The translations under genes were made by a program, and so were the position numbers. DNA of 64,000 nucleotides, from positions 62,001 to 126,000 of the forward strand of contig NW_026865856.1 of assembly GCF_026571515.1 (NCBI RefSeq). The letters run 5' to 3'. A model generated the notes under the pieces. The model did no database searches and was not told the origin of the DNA. It saw only the letters and a list, made by a program, of their open reading frames with translations. This DNA comes from Ruditapes philippinarum. Taxonomy: Eukaryota. Below, piece after piece: positions 51,501 through 64,000 of the stretch (positions within the stretch are counted from its first letter, which is position 1; the number at the start of each line of letters is the position of its first letter).

Positions 51501-54500
51501 CAATAATATAATTAATAATAATGATTGATGGAAACATGTCTTGTGTATATTTTATCTAAAAGCAAATATAAATAGATTGTGTGTTAATGATTTGACTGTT
51601 TCCAGGCGCCATCTATCAAGGTTGACAGTGTGGATAGGGACATGAAAGGAGCTTATAAATGTAAAGCTGAGAATATTGCGGGAACCGATATCCGTAGCAT
51701 ATACCTCAATGTACAGTGTAAGTAAAGATTTTTATTTTATTTAAACTTTGTCATAGTTAGTCTGCAAGGTTGTTCAAATTACTTGAAATACTGTCACCCA
51801 GGGTTCAAATCTTGCATAAGATGTAAACCAAGCAATTCAACCATTGCAATTCAGAAACTTGGAACTGCAAAACCTTTGCCACCAGTAAAAAGCTTTTTCT
51901 GTTTTTTATCGGTAATTTTTGCAACTAGTAAAAAGCTTTTGCCACCAATAAAAAAGCCTTTGCAACCAGTAAAAAAGCCTTTGCCACCAGTATAAAAGTC
52001 TTTGCAACCAATAAAAAAGTATGCCACCAGTAAAAAAACCTTTGCTTAAAAAAAGACTTTGCCACTAGAAAAAGCATTGGCCACCAGTGAAAAAGCCTTT
52101 GCCACCAGTAAAACGTCTTTGCCACCAGTGAAAAAGCCTTTGCCACCAGTAAAAATAGCCTTTGCTAACAGTAAAAAAGCCTTTGCCACCAGTAAAAAAG
52201 CCTTGGCCACCACTAGAAAAGCCTTTGCTAACAGTAAAAAAAGCCTTTGGGACCAGTGAAAAAGCCTTTGCCACCAGTAAAAAAGCCTTGGCCACAAATG
52301 AAAAAGTCTTTGCCACCATTATCCAGTAAACTTCACCAACAGTAAAAACACCTTTGCCACCAAAATAAAGGCCAGTCTGAATAACATTTTGTTGTTCTGA
52401 AAATATTTCACTAAAAAGTAATTTCTTCACAGATTTATAAATTGATTTTACGAGAATTTGAAATACCTTACTTTTCTTTATTGTTGCATTCGTCTTCTTT
52501 CAGTCCAGCCTCAAGTAAGGGCCAAAGAGGAGGTAGTAGCACAAGCTGTGGGCTATAGTCGTGAACTGACCTGTCTGGCTGCGGGTAACCCAGTTCCTGA
52601 TGAATCACAGATGTATTGGTCTAGAGATGGAGTACCATTGGATGATAGAAACAAGTAAGAAATTGTTAATTAAATGCAATCTATTTTGTAGAAAATCTGG
52701 CCATTGAATGTTTTACATTTTATGTTTTGTATTGATTTTGAAAACATAAGAAAAGATTTTCCCCAGAAGGGAAAGTAACAGATGTCTTATCTATGAAATT
52801 GGTGGCAAACATATTAATTAAAATTGTCGTCTTTCATGCTGCACATGTATGTGATTCTGCAAACTGTATTAAACCCTAACCTTTAAGAAATTGAAAGTGA
52901 TAAGCCTGGCTAATAGCTTGATTTCTGTATTTTGACCGGACTGTTCCATATTGAAAGCTGGGCAAATCAATTTCACAAATTTCAGCAGGTAAGGATCAAT
53001 ACTCAATAGCAGATTATAATATGTAGTTGTATGTTGTTGTTTTTTTTGTTTTTTTTTTCAAAAAGTCACATGTATACAAGTTAACCATACATAAATCTGT
53101 TACATGTGTCAGTGGGATTTAAAACCCAACCAAAATATTTTTTTTTAAAGTGAAGACTGAAAATAATGCACATTTTTTTAACATTTCAATGCCTGTTTAT
53201 ACAGGTGTTAATTATATATTTATAAATGAAATATTGATGAAATAAAATGTGTATTTTCATTTCCGTATTTTTACTGTAAAACTTTATTTTTCACTGCAGT
53301 GGAATATATTTTCCATAGTTTCACTGATGTCTTGCCAGACTACTGTCATCTAAATTAATCAGTTTCCAAACTTTAAAGGGGTAATGTCAGAAAAGAGAAA
53401 AATGTATATAAAAAACAGAAAATTTATGTTTTTTTTCTATATAACACTTGATGAAAATAAATCCTGTATTTATAGAAAAAAAACCTTAAATATCCCCTAT
53501 TTATTTGTAGATACGCTGAGGAGTATTACTTTGGGTCGAACTACGTCTTGATGAAACTGATTATACAAGATATTACTGAGAATGATTTCGGACAGTACAG
53601 GTGTTACGCTGAAAACATTGAGGGAAATGAGAATGCATTTGTTGAGCTACAGCGTAAGTGGTCTTTATTGCATTTTATTGGTATATCAACAGATATTAAA
53701 TTGTTTACAATTGATATTTATATTTGACCATTTACAAAACTGAATTTCTTTATGGACATGTTCTTCTGGTACCAAATTGTGTGTTATTCTAAGGGATTTT
53801 TTTATTATCAAAGACCAGTAACCAACAGTAAGGAATATGATTGTACAGAAAGCATAGAAGATATGGGAGCGGGGCTAAGTTTTATTCCGATGGAATTGGC
53901 CTGACCAAATTATTGTAGTTTGTGCTTAGAGACACTGAATCCATTTGTTAAAATAAATAATCAGGATACACATTGTCTGATAATACTGTATGTTTGTAAC
54001 AATGATTTTCATTGGATAAAAATTATCATGATGTTTAAACGATGCTACATTATAACATATTTCTTCAAACATGGCTGCTACAAATTTATGACCTTTAATT
54101 TTCATCATTTGTGACGTTTAGTTTTATATACATGACTGTTGTCAATTTATGAAGAAATCTCGCTATTTTCTGTATAAGAGAAAATTTGCTGTATTATAAA
54201 GTCATTATAAATATTCTTGACCGGTTATATGACCGTATATATAATTGGTAATGGTTGTTTTCAATATAACCCTTGTCTAGTGGCTCTGGTTATAACTTGT
54301 TTAAAATGTTTATAACTGATCATTAATATGGAGACATTACAAGAAATAATTATTTTGTTCAAAACATGTAGTTTACAGCAATTTTTTTCTTCTGAATTTC
54401 AGAGTCGTCATCGCAAGTTATTGAGCGGCCTGGTATGAGCGGCAGTTCCATGTTAACTTTCAGTATAACAACAATAACAATGTTGGTGGTGACAGTGTTG

Positions 54501-54515
54501 CTGCACTGTTGTTAA
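48569..54515 (+). CDS. Second lachesin/IgLON/DIP-like GPI-anchored 3-Ig protein, gene B (8 exons, 363 aa)
   Basis: Exons 48569-48614, 49578-49720, 50048-50270, 50875-51035, 51606-51717, 52504-52654, 53511-53653, 54403-54515; phases compatible, 1092 nt. Signal peptide MNYIALIVLLTFVSTVWC; Ig motifs FLACIV..VQW..WRLKIQNAQESDQALYIC, LTCDASGIPKPVISW..GAYKCKAEN, LTCLAAGNP..DFGQYRCYAEN; C-terminal SGSS followed by a hydrophobic tail. Exon 1 is the least certain. Confidence 0.88.
51868..52368 (+). repeat. ~21-22 bp minisatellite (AAAAAAGCCTTTGCCACCAGT)n in gene B intron 5
   Basis: Roughly 20 degenerate units directly visible; source of the spurious LLVAKAF/KKPLPPV ORFs. Confidence 0.9.
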
Positions 54516-57500
54516 TTGTCACGTTTTTAACTGTTTTATCATTCCTCATTGAACTTTTATTCAGATTGGACCAATTAGTGTAATTAACTCTTAGCCAGCT
54601 ATCAGTATCTGAATCTTCTTGTGTAACCAGTGCAGACCAATACCAGCCGGTACTATCTGCGCTGCCTGATCATGGTCTACACTTTTCACAATTCAGTCTG
54701 CACATTATATTAAAATATATATTGAATTTTCCTTACAAAATGATGACGAGCCTTATTCAGATACGGGCAAATTCATTTAAGATATTTAGTGTGGTATTTT
54801 AGGTTAATTTTTTGGACTCATTGATTTTATCAAGGGAGAGAATTTATCATGATATAATTCTACAATTACGGAAAAATCATTCAATTTTCTGAGTGCCTGT
54901 ATAGTCACTTGTTTACATTATTTTATTTTCATGACATACTGCTGTAATTTTAAAAAAAATTGTGCATCCTTTTTAAAGAATTTTCTTTGTTTCTTTACAT
55001 AAATATGGTATGAAATGGTTTCTAAGTAAATTTTCCAAATTTTCATGAAATTTAACTTTGGCATTGAAAAATGGCTAGTGAAACTTTTTCTCCACTTTTT
55101 AACAAATTTTAAACTTGATTTAGTACATGTAGTAATTTTATAGTAAATTTCCCAGGTTGTATGCATTTTTTTATAATATGGTTTGAATCAGTTAATAATC
55201 AGTCTAGTTTTCATTAATTGTACATACCTCCACTTTTCATTTAATGAAAGGAAAACATAATAAATAATTGTATATATATTCTGTTTTTACACATTTCTAG
55301 ATATTTCATTAACATATTCATTGTAAAATATGCTTCATTATTGTAGTTCTAGGAAAAATTAACATATCATGTATATATATAGATCTTTTATTACCTTCAA
55401 TTGTACAGTGCTTTTAATCTTTTAGTATACTCAAAGTAAGGAATCTTCAACTTTTAAACCGTCTTTGATTTGTATGTTGTGTGGAATTTCAAATATGAAG
55501 GGAGGTAATTCTGGGAGGTTAAATGAAAAATTGTCTCCACTCACTGCTGGGTTTTAGTTCTTTGAACATGCTATTTTGCAAAGAAAGATCTTTTTTTAAG
55601 TAAGTCTAACATTTCCAGCACTTTCAGTCTAAACAAAATTAATGTTTAATGTATTGTCATGATTTTCATGCTTTTCTGTGATGTTTTAGGTAGATTGCCT
55701 CCCTTTATAGATTAGATTATAGAATGTACATATCAGTTTTGTAATCTTTTGTGTTTGGTCAATAATCAGACTCGGAAAGAATCTCCATATGTATAAAAAT
55801 ATACTGAATGTTTGTTAACTTTATTCTGATTCTAAGCAATTTTACCAAGTAAACCTATTTCCTATATCTATGAAATCTCATTATTTCAATGTTAAGAGAT
55901 TACATTTAAAAGCATTTTAAACTGCTTTTTCAATTGTGATATTCAGCTATGATTTAAAAAAATTTCTTCCTTACTTAGAGTGGCAATAGTTAAGTTTTAT
56001 AATTCATGGAGCATATACACGATCACGTACAGTTTAATGACACTTCAATAGGTAGCAAATTATATAATCTTAATACATATTTCAGCCAATATAAATTATT
56101 TGTAATTTTATTGAACGCAAAATGTTTTTTTTTCTATATTAAGGTAGGTAGACTCAAATTTAAGAAAGATTTATAATTAACACATGTACAAAAATTCTCA
56201 ACATTTTACTTCTACATGTTATATGCAATATTTTTCCTGGTATATTATCATTTTTATACACAAATAAAATATTTTCTTACATATATGTATATGAAGTGGT
56301 TTTGTTGTTATTATTTTCCCTATGTGTTTTGTATTAGCTCATTCTTTGGTAACTTAAGTAAACTTAATTTGTAAATGGCATGTGAAAGCTTTAAAGTCTC
56401 TAATTACCTCAGATGTCACTTTGTACATGTATGTTACACTCACACATATATCAAAGTAGCACTTTCGAGATTACTATGAAGAACTATGAGGCACTTTGCT
56501 TCAAGTTAACACCTTGAGCATTGAAATTTGTTTTACAACAATAAGATTGGAGAACTTCTTTTAAAACTTGAGAAACCTAACCTAGTAAATGATGGTCATT
56601 CTTTAAAAACAGAAGTCAATTCAATTAATTATTTTCGTCTGATAAAAAAATGTTCTTGTTTATGATGATTTTAGGTCTATGGTTCAACAAAGAAATTTTT
56701 TTAACTAATGTCTTACTCTGCTCCTGTGTATATTATATTTACAAAGTTTGTCATGGACAACTCTCTCCACTTTTTCAAAGGGTCATAACTTTGCAAAAAA
56801 ATAATTTCAGTATTATCTGCCCTTTTCATGAATATAAACAAGTATATCAAGTTTGAAGTGACTAGCTTAAATAGTTTTCGAGAAAATGGACCTTATCCAG
56901 AAAGTTTAAAATGCTGATGCCGGCAATTTTTTGTACTTGAGAACATATATTCTTAGCTTTGTTTCCAAATGGTAAGGATAACAAAACATGATTTAAGTAT
57001 ATTGTGAGTGTTAATCCGTGCTGTTCTAAAGAAATTAGAAACTTAGAGAGAATGGTTCTAATTTCTGTAAAAACTTTATGGATGAATACTTAGTGGTAAG
57101 CTTTAACTGGCTTCAATAATATTCACTTTATTACGTCACTACCAGTCTGCTGGATTCACAGTTACCTGAATGGTGGTATTGGCCTGATAAATATGCATGA
57201 TTTACGTCACTTTGCGACCAAAGATGCATTTACCCTTGTGTCTTAGTTGGGAAAGATGGAGGACGGCAATGCGGCTGACGTGAGTTATCATTTGCTTGAT
57301 ATTAAAACATTATTTTAGAAAAACATTTCATTGTCCAAACTTTATATCGCTTAGTCTAAAAATAGTTAAAGGCTTTTTTGGTGATGGTTACCAATGATCC
57401 ACTATCGTTCGCTTCAATATAAGGGAGTTAACTTGTTCTACACTGAATGAGGAAGCATGTAGGAGTTGTGTGCCCACTAGTGACGTTATTTAAAAATATT

Positions 57501-57767
57501 GTCTATCTATGGATGGGTATATTGAGGAATAATAAAACAGTGAAGTGTTCTAAATAAAACTAACTGAAGTCACCCGAGATGTTCCAAATGTTTGAAAGAA
57601 TTTCGTTGCTACCTAGTATTCGGTGATGTTTTAACATAACGATAGACATAAACTTGCAGCGTTGTGACGTCACAGAAGAAGTCAACTGACGTTACTCATT
57701 AGCAACGTCATATAGCGCCCGGAAAACTACAGCAGCTCTTTTGAAATCAATAAAGCATGGAGAATTA

Positions 57768-60700
57768 ATGGCTAGCGAAAATCCAGGCTGTTTTATTTGG
57801 CTCATAAGTTTAAAGAAGTCTTGCAACGAAAGGGTGAGTAGAATTAAAGAATATAAACATTCAATTAAGATGATAGTAAAGAGTTAGGGAAGCACGAATT
57901 CCTTTAGTGAATTTGATAATAATAATAATAATAATTATAATAGATCTAATCATAATAATAATAAAAGATTTAATAATAATTATTATTATTATAATAATAA
58001 ATAGATTCTTATAACAATAATGACGATGATGATGATAAAGAGATGACAAATAATGAAAGATGAAATAATTAATGCAAATATAATTCTTAGATTTTAGTGG
58101 ATTTATACATGTCCAGTATCGATAAATATATAATGGCGATACATAGGAAAATTATAGTTATTAAATATTTGATGAAAATCCCGAAACTTAATGATAATAC
58201 CATATTAAAAAAACATATAATTTCTTAAGAAAAGATACGGACAATGGGGTAACATACGATGGTAAAAACTGGGCGTATCAGGTTAAATGTATATTAAAAA
58301 ACATAGTCAAATATATTGGTACATGTACATCAGGACATCAGTGAAATAAATGTTCTATATATAAATTAAGATACAGTATTAATGTTTCTATCTTAAAAGA
58401 CTTTCGATCTGCTTTACTCCAGAATGATTACATACATATGAATTGTATCAATTAAAGTCCTTACATAGGCTCTGTATGACTTTAGATAAAGTAACTAAAT
58501 AAAGTAATTCTAATAGCTGCAAATCACAATGTTTCGTGATACTAGTTGATAAGAATTTTTGCAAGGGAAGGGAAACAATTCGCACAAAAATTGTCTATTG
58601 ACACAAAGTCTTGCAGAGTTCTCGCCCAACCAGTATAGTTCTGACAATTATGCACAATGATATTTTTATCTACATATATGTGTATAAATACTAATCAAAT
58701 ATATATTATTCTAATGTGATTGGCATTCGTCAGGCAATGGACTTCTCGGTTAAACATACGCATATTTCTAGGTTAAGAAATCCCGTGTCTCACTTTTGCA
58801 CTGTTTCAATGTAAATCGATAACAATTTTGTTGTTACAATTTGAATGTCGAATAAAAGTTATGTTAATATGTTATGTTAAAAAATAATCAGGATGAATAG
58901 CTGTAAACAGAAAAAAATGGTTTACTTAAATTTTAATGAAAGTAGCTAGATATTTCAGTGCCAGTAAGGAATATTGAAAATGTTTTACCATTAATGGACA
59001 TCTCTTTTACAGTTTGCAAGATTTCGAAACCGCTTGCGCCAAAGATACTATGCAAGAAGAGGCAAGACTCTTGACCCAGAAACCCTGTTAAATGAAACAG
59101 GTACTGCTGACATGGTCGTCGGAAAGATTGCTGGCAAGTCAAACAAAGTCGTTCCTCAAAAGTTGCCATCTAAGAATGGTAAAATCATTTTGTGATACGC
59201 TATATTTACTAAATGAATTCTCAAATTTTAGCGCAGCAGTATTATTTGTTTGACAAATAAAAAGAAATTTGGAATTTTTAAAAAACTTTTGTTTGTGTGA
59301 GTCAGCATACTTATATACAAAGATGATACTAAAAAGTAAAAACTTGATTCTGTTAATTTTATAATACGAATAAAAATGAAGTAACTTGAAATTTACTTAA
59401 AAAAATCCGGAAACCTATTATTTTCCAGACGATGCTGTTGATACAGAAAATGCAACAGTGGCAGAGATCATTGCAGACGACAATTCCACAGCAGACGACA
59501 GACTTGGTAAATATGAGTATTTTTACTCAATCATTTTTACAATTTCATTAATTAACAATTATATCAAATTATAAAGAATTCCAAAATCTTCTTTTTTTTC
59601 GATTTTGTCAAAACGCTGAAAAATACTCATAGATATATATACGACATTTTGCGGTGTTGCTACATTTAATGGCGACCCGCAATTTCATTAAATATGAATG
59701 TTCGAGTATAATGCCTGAATTAAAACGTACATTTACATCTACATACTGATAATTTGTATGACAACAACAACAGCCATAAAGCCTAAAATGCATTATTTTC
59801 TATTTTCAAAAGTTTTTTAAATTTAATGTTAGGCCTATGTGTCTTTTTTACATTTTTTATTTATAAATATTCATTTACCATAAAGCTGAGAAATCTTTTG
59901 CTTCTTTTGAACTTTTGGCAATTGTTGAAATTGTGACTAAGTATTTTGATGGAAGTAAAAATACCAGCCTGACTACCCTTTCCTACATTTATGACAATTT
60001 ATTTCACTTCAGATCATTTCTATCCGGGTGATAAGCATCTAAATCTAAAAATTCTAAACTCTATCAAATCTAAAAATTCTAAACTCTAACCTGCTTAGAA
60101 CCATTATTATTATTATTTTTTTTTTAAACTATTATTATAACATTTTAAAATGTTTTTCTTTTTTCTAAAGAGGAATATAATGTATTATGTATCAATTTCA
60201 GAGATATACTGTGCCTTTAAGTAATGTCTAAATTCTCAATTACATTAAATAAAGTTTTACAAAATCTTTTAGTTGCAGAATACGTGACAGGCATCATAAA
60301 CAAGGCAGCCGACAGTCTGAGACAGGAGTTGCCTAGCAACACAACGACTGTAACTGTGAGGCCAGCAGACGACAACGTATCTTTGTCCTCCAGTGTCATA
60401 AGCCGTAAGTGATGTGATTTATGCATTTTTATTTCATGCTTTCCAGTGTTTTATTGTAATATATCAGATGATTATATTCTGATAAACCACTAGTGAAATT
60501 TATAAAATATAATTTTCACTGTAGCCGGACTATATCCGAATGCGGATGAAAAGAAAATCATAACTAAATGGAATAACAATCAGAAATAAATGCTGTCATA
60601 CGTAAATTGTGCTTCTTAAGGAAGAGAAAGTCGATGTCACTATACATTCTGTTAAAAATGTAACAAAATTAGAGAAATTTAACAAAACTATATTTCAAAA

Positions 60701-63700
60701 TTGATGATGTGACGTAATGAAGTGATGACGTCACATAGGAGAATGCGCGACGTTACGCGGCAAAATCAATAAAAAATACTTAAAATCACTTAAAAAGCAT
60801 GAAATAAAAAGAAAATTTATTTGTTTTACATATAAGATTGAAATATAATATATTTCATTCGTGAACACCAGCTATTATATTTTCACGAGTACGCCACTCG
60901 TGAAAATATTGCATCTGGTGTTCACTCAGTGAAATTATATTTCAATCTTACACGCAAAACAAACAAATATCCTCTTTGTATATCCGGATACCAGGCGAAT
61001 GAGGTGGGGAAATAAGCGGGGTTTGATATTTTTCTTGTCCCTTCACTTTAAATTAAATAATTAAATGCGGTATTTTTTGTGTGCCAAAATGAACCAGGAC
61101 AGCGCCGTGATGGCCTTTAGCCGGATTAAATGGTTGGGTCATTACAAGGTGTAAGAAAATCCAATTGCCAAAGTCCTTGTCATTCGTCGGGGGTGGGGAC
61201 AGTGGCTGTTGATGAGATTGCCCCGTGCATGACACAAAGTGTGTTTATGTATTAAATAAAAAATTTCCTACATTGTCAAAGGTCATCATTTATACCATAA
61301 ATCATATAGACATAGCTAGTGCTGTCTTTACCTTATAACTGACTTTATGGATATAAGCCTAATAAAAGAATATCGTTTTAAGGTTATATATTTTTAAGGG
61401 CATTTTCATGATATTAATCATGACAAGAAAACCCGTGGTATAAGAAGCAGTTACACCAGCCTCAAATAAACCTGACAGTTCTCGGCATTTCAGTTGACAG
61501 TCAATCAAATGACGAAAATTGTCCAGCTTTATCTGTTCATGCACAAGGTTTATCCTGGCTATGTACTTTTTATGTGGTCTTTATGTTTTCAGCTTCACTC
61601 TTTTTATACCGTAGCCTGTTTGTTTTCATCTTGACTTCCGGTAAATTTATGAGCTTTTTGCCATCCTGTTTCCGGTAGTTGTCTGGCAGGTACCAATTAT
61701 AAACGGTTTTGCCACGTTTTAACGCGGCCTTTTACCATGTTGGAAGTTAGCTCTTGTTTTACTTATGAGTAGTGTTTAAGTGTACATGCACATGACAGTA
61801 ATATTTTTTCTTTCACAGAAATTGCTGATATGGCTGTCACGGAGAGCCTGTCAAATATTGTGACAGCTGCCAACATCAACCAGTCTGCTATTAGAAAGGC
61901 TAAAACTATCAAAGAATTCAAGGGTAAGAGATGTTGATGAATATTTTGTGACAAACTAAAATTTTTACACTTAGAGCATTCAGTGCAAGAAGTTTACAGA
62001 ACGTCGGTGGTTCTACTCAAGTGCTCGTCTGTACCTGAAATGACGCATAGAAGAGCGCCTGAGGTCTTCCTCCGCTAGTAAAGCTGGAAAAAGCGCCATG
62101 CGACGGAAAACCCAATAAAAAGGGGGATGAATTCGCAACTCTTTGGTATAATGAAATAAAATGCGTCGAGTCGACCGAGAGCAAAATTTATGTCATGTTA
62201 AGCTTAAAACAAAAGTACACATAATGATCGTTCTGTATCTTTTTACAGAAGCATTCGGCATAACCGGATGTGACGTCACTGATGACGGTCTTCCACCTGT
62301 AAGCGTGTATGGTAAGATTCATATAATATTATTTGTAAAGTTTGAAATGGTAAAGCTAAAGAATGTAAACAGCGTTATGCCTTCTGCAGTATTATTATAA
62401 ATTCAAAAATCTTTTTATTGAAGAAAAAAATGTAAAACTGATCGTCACCACACTAAGCTTACTCTTTTAATTTCAGAGTACAAGAATAAGAAAGAAACTG
62501 CGTTCGTGTGTGTGTTTGTGTGTGTGTGTTATTTTTGTGCGTGTATTGTTTATTTGTATCTTTGTTTTGTTTGTTTCTGTCTTTGTTTTGTTTGTTTGTG
62601 TCTCTTTTATTTCTTTTTGCCTTATTTGTTTGTTTTCATCTTCATTTTTTCGTGTTCTGCTTAGGCATCGACTCATTTTTTACCATATCGTTGTCATAAA
62701 AATGTTTCTGTATTTTATTCTTACCAATAAAGTTCATTGAAACATATTTTTGTTTATTTTTACATCAAATGACTTCAAGTTCGTCTGCAACGAAATCAAC
62801 GACAAATGGTGTTTTAACAATTCGCATCAGAAAATGGTGTTTTTGTGATCGCTTTTCGTCCGCCGTCCGTCCGTCCGTCCGTCCGTAAACTTTTAATTTA
62901 AACGACATCTTGTCATAAACCGCTTAGCCAATCTCATCCAAACGTCACAGGAATGTTCTTTTGGTGGTAACCTTTAAAAATTGTTCAAAGCATTTAATTC
63001 CATGCAAAACTCTTGTTGCAATGGCAACCGAAAGAAAAAAAAACACTTGAAAATATCTTCGGTTAAAAAAACAAGGAGCTAGAGCTTAGATATTTGGCAT
63101 GAAACATCTTCTAGTAAGTGTTTTACAATGTTTGTTCAAATAAAAGCACTGGGAGCACTGGAGTCAAAATTGGCCTCGCCCAAGAGGGTCATTGTTTTAC
63201 CATATATGTATATAGTAAAACTTAAAAATCCTCTTTTAAAATAACTCAAATAGCTAGAGCTTAGATATTTGGCATTAAACATCTTCTAGTAAGTGTCTAC
63301 CAATTTATTAGAAAAAAGCCCTTGGGTCAAAATCGGCCTCGCCCAGGGGGTCATTGATTATCCTTATATACAAAAAAATCTCCTTTAAAAGACCCAATTG
63401 AACAAGTTTTCTGACTGTGAGCGATTTAGGGCCATCATGGCCCTCTTGTTTATAAGATTGTAAAATACAGTTACTCCTTATATTCTATGCTACGCGGAAA
63501 TCTCCCGGAAATTTTGCTTGGATTTAGGCTTTTGGTCTTATATTACATTAAGAAAGACCCTTCAAATAAATGTAAAAACGAATCCTCAACGGAATCAGAC
63601 AACTAGTTTTTTAACGGTTGGCTCGACAAAATGTTGTTCTTTACGAAAATTGACTCTTCATAATTATACGGAACAGAAAGAATAAATTGCCGGTCAAAAA

Positions 63701-64000
63701 ATATCTCCCGGACATTTTGCTTTGGTTTAGGCTTTGAGCCTTATATTGTAGGAAGGAAGACCCTCAAAACTAATGGAAAAACAATTAAAGTTTTAACGGT
63801 TAGCTCGAGAAAACAGTTGTTCTTTTTGAAAGAAAATTACTACACTTTAAATACAGAAGGAACAAATCGCCGTTGAAAAAATGCAAAAATAAATAAAATC
63901 AAAGAGATCGGGTGATGCTCCCCGAATAAGTTTTGGACAGAGAAAAGTATACCTCTTGTAATTTCAGAGTTATGTCTCGGACAAAGTTCAAAGTGCAATA
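57768..64000 (+). CDS. Uncharacterised multi-exon gene C, 5' part (continues beyond window)
   Basis: Phase-compatible GT-AG exons: 57768-57833 (or alternative first exon 57256-57279), 59013-59178, 59429-59506, 60273-60404, 61819-61923, 62249-62311, 62477-62501, 63968->end, giving a continuous frame ...FARFRNRLRQRYYARRGKTLDPE...VAEYVTGIINKAADSLRQE...IADMAVTESLSNIV...FKEAFGITGCDVTDDGLPPVSVYEYKNKKETAVMSRTKFKVQ. No domain recognised. Confidence 0.65.
57915..58037. repeat. (AAT)n/(GAT)n low-complexity tract
   Basis: Directly visible trinucleotide runs. Confidence 0.85.
61995..62122 (+). mobile_element. SINE family 1 fragment in gene C intron
   Basis: gaacgtcggtggttctactc..cctgaggtcttcctc..agtaaagctggaa..aaaacccaataaaa matches the 3' half of 3467-3744. 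Confidence 0.7.
62820..63451 (+). mobile_element. HINE/pearl-like element
   Basis: (GTCC)n near the 5' end, two internal ~175-bp repeats (agctagagcttagatatttggcat), 3' hairpin AGGGCCAT-C-ATGGCCCT followed by CTTGTT. Confidence 0.75.

Noticed and set aside
51783-52430. Overlapping repetitive ORFs (LLVAKAF / KKPLPPV)
   Set aside because: Translations of an intronic minisatellite in several frames on both strands.

Overview
AT-rich, intron-containing animal genomic DNA; the repeat families (tRNA-headed SINEs, HINE/pearl-like Helentron derivatives, ~167-bp satellite) look bivalve/mollusc-like. The core is a rearranged cluster of lachesin/IgLON-like genes encoding signal peptide + 3 Ig domains + GPI-anchor signal, none of which the ORF track shows whole because they are spliced. 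Gene A occurs four times: A1 (- strand, 4773-8031, pseudogene), A2 (+, 20991-27370, intact, 385 aa), A3 (+, 32517-33292, exons 1-2 only) and A4 (-, 39471-46573, intact, 387 aa). A divergent paralog B (+, 48569-54515, intact, 363 aa) is head-to-head with A4, and a B promoter/exon-1 remnant (-, ~20070-20520) is head-to-head with A2, so the A/B divergent module was itself duplicated in inverted orientation. The A copies differ most in one patch of the N-terminal Ig domain and show mosaic ancestry. The A1 promoter is split by a TA-flanked DD81E (Sailor-like, IS630-Tc1-mariner) transposon whose decayed transposase contains two GT-AG introns; an RNase H-bearing LINE is nested inside it. Other copy-specific insertions are a Helentron-type element with 167-bp repeats, a Harbinger-derived element, a TTAA-flanked MITE and SINEs. 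An unidentified multi-exon gene C starts near 57.3-57.8 kb and runs off the right end. All gene models were read by hand from splice consensus and reading-frame continuity; no database search was possible.
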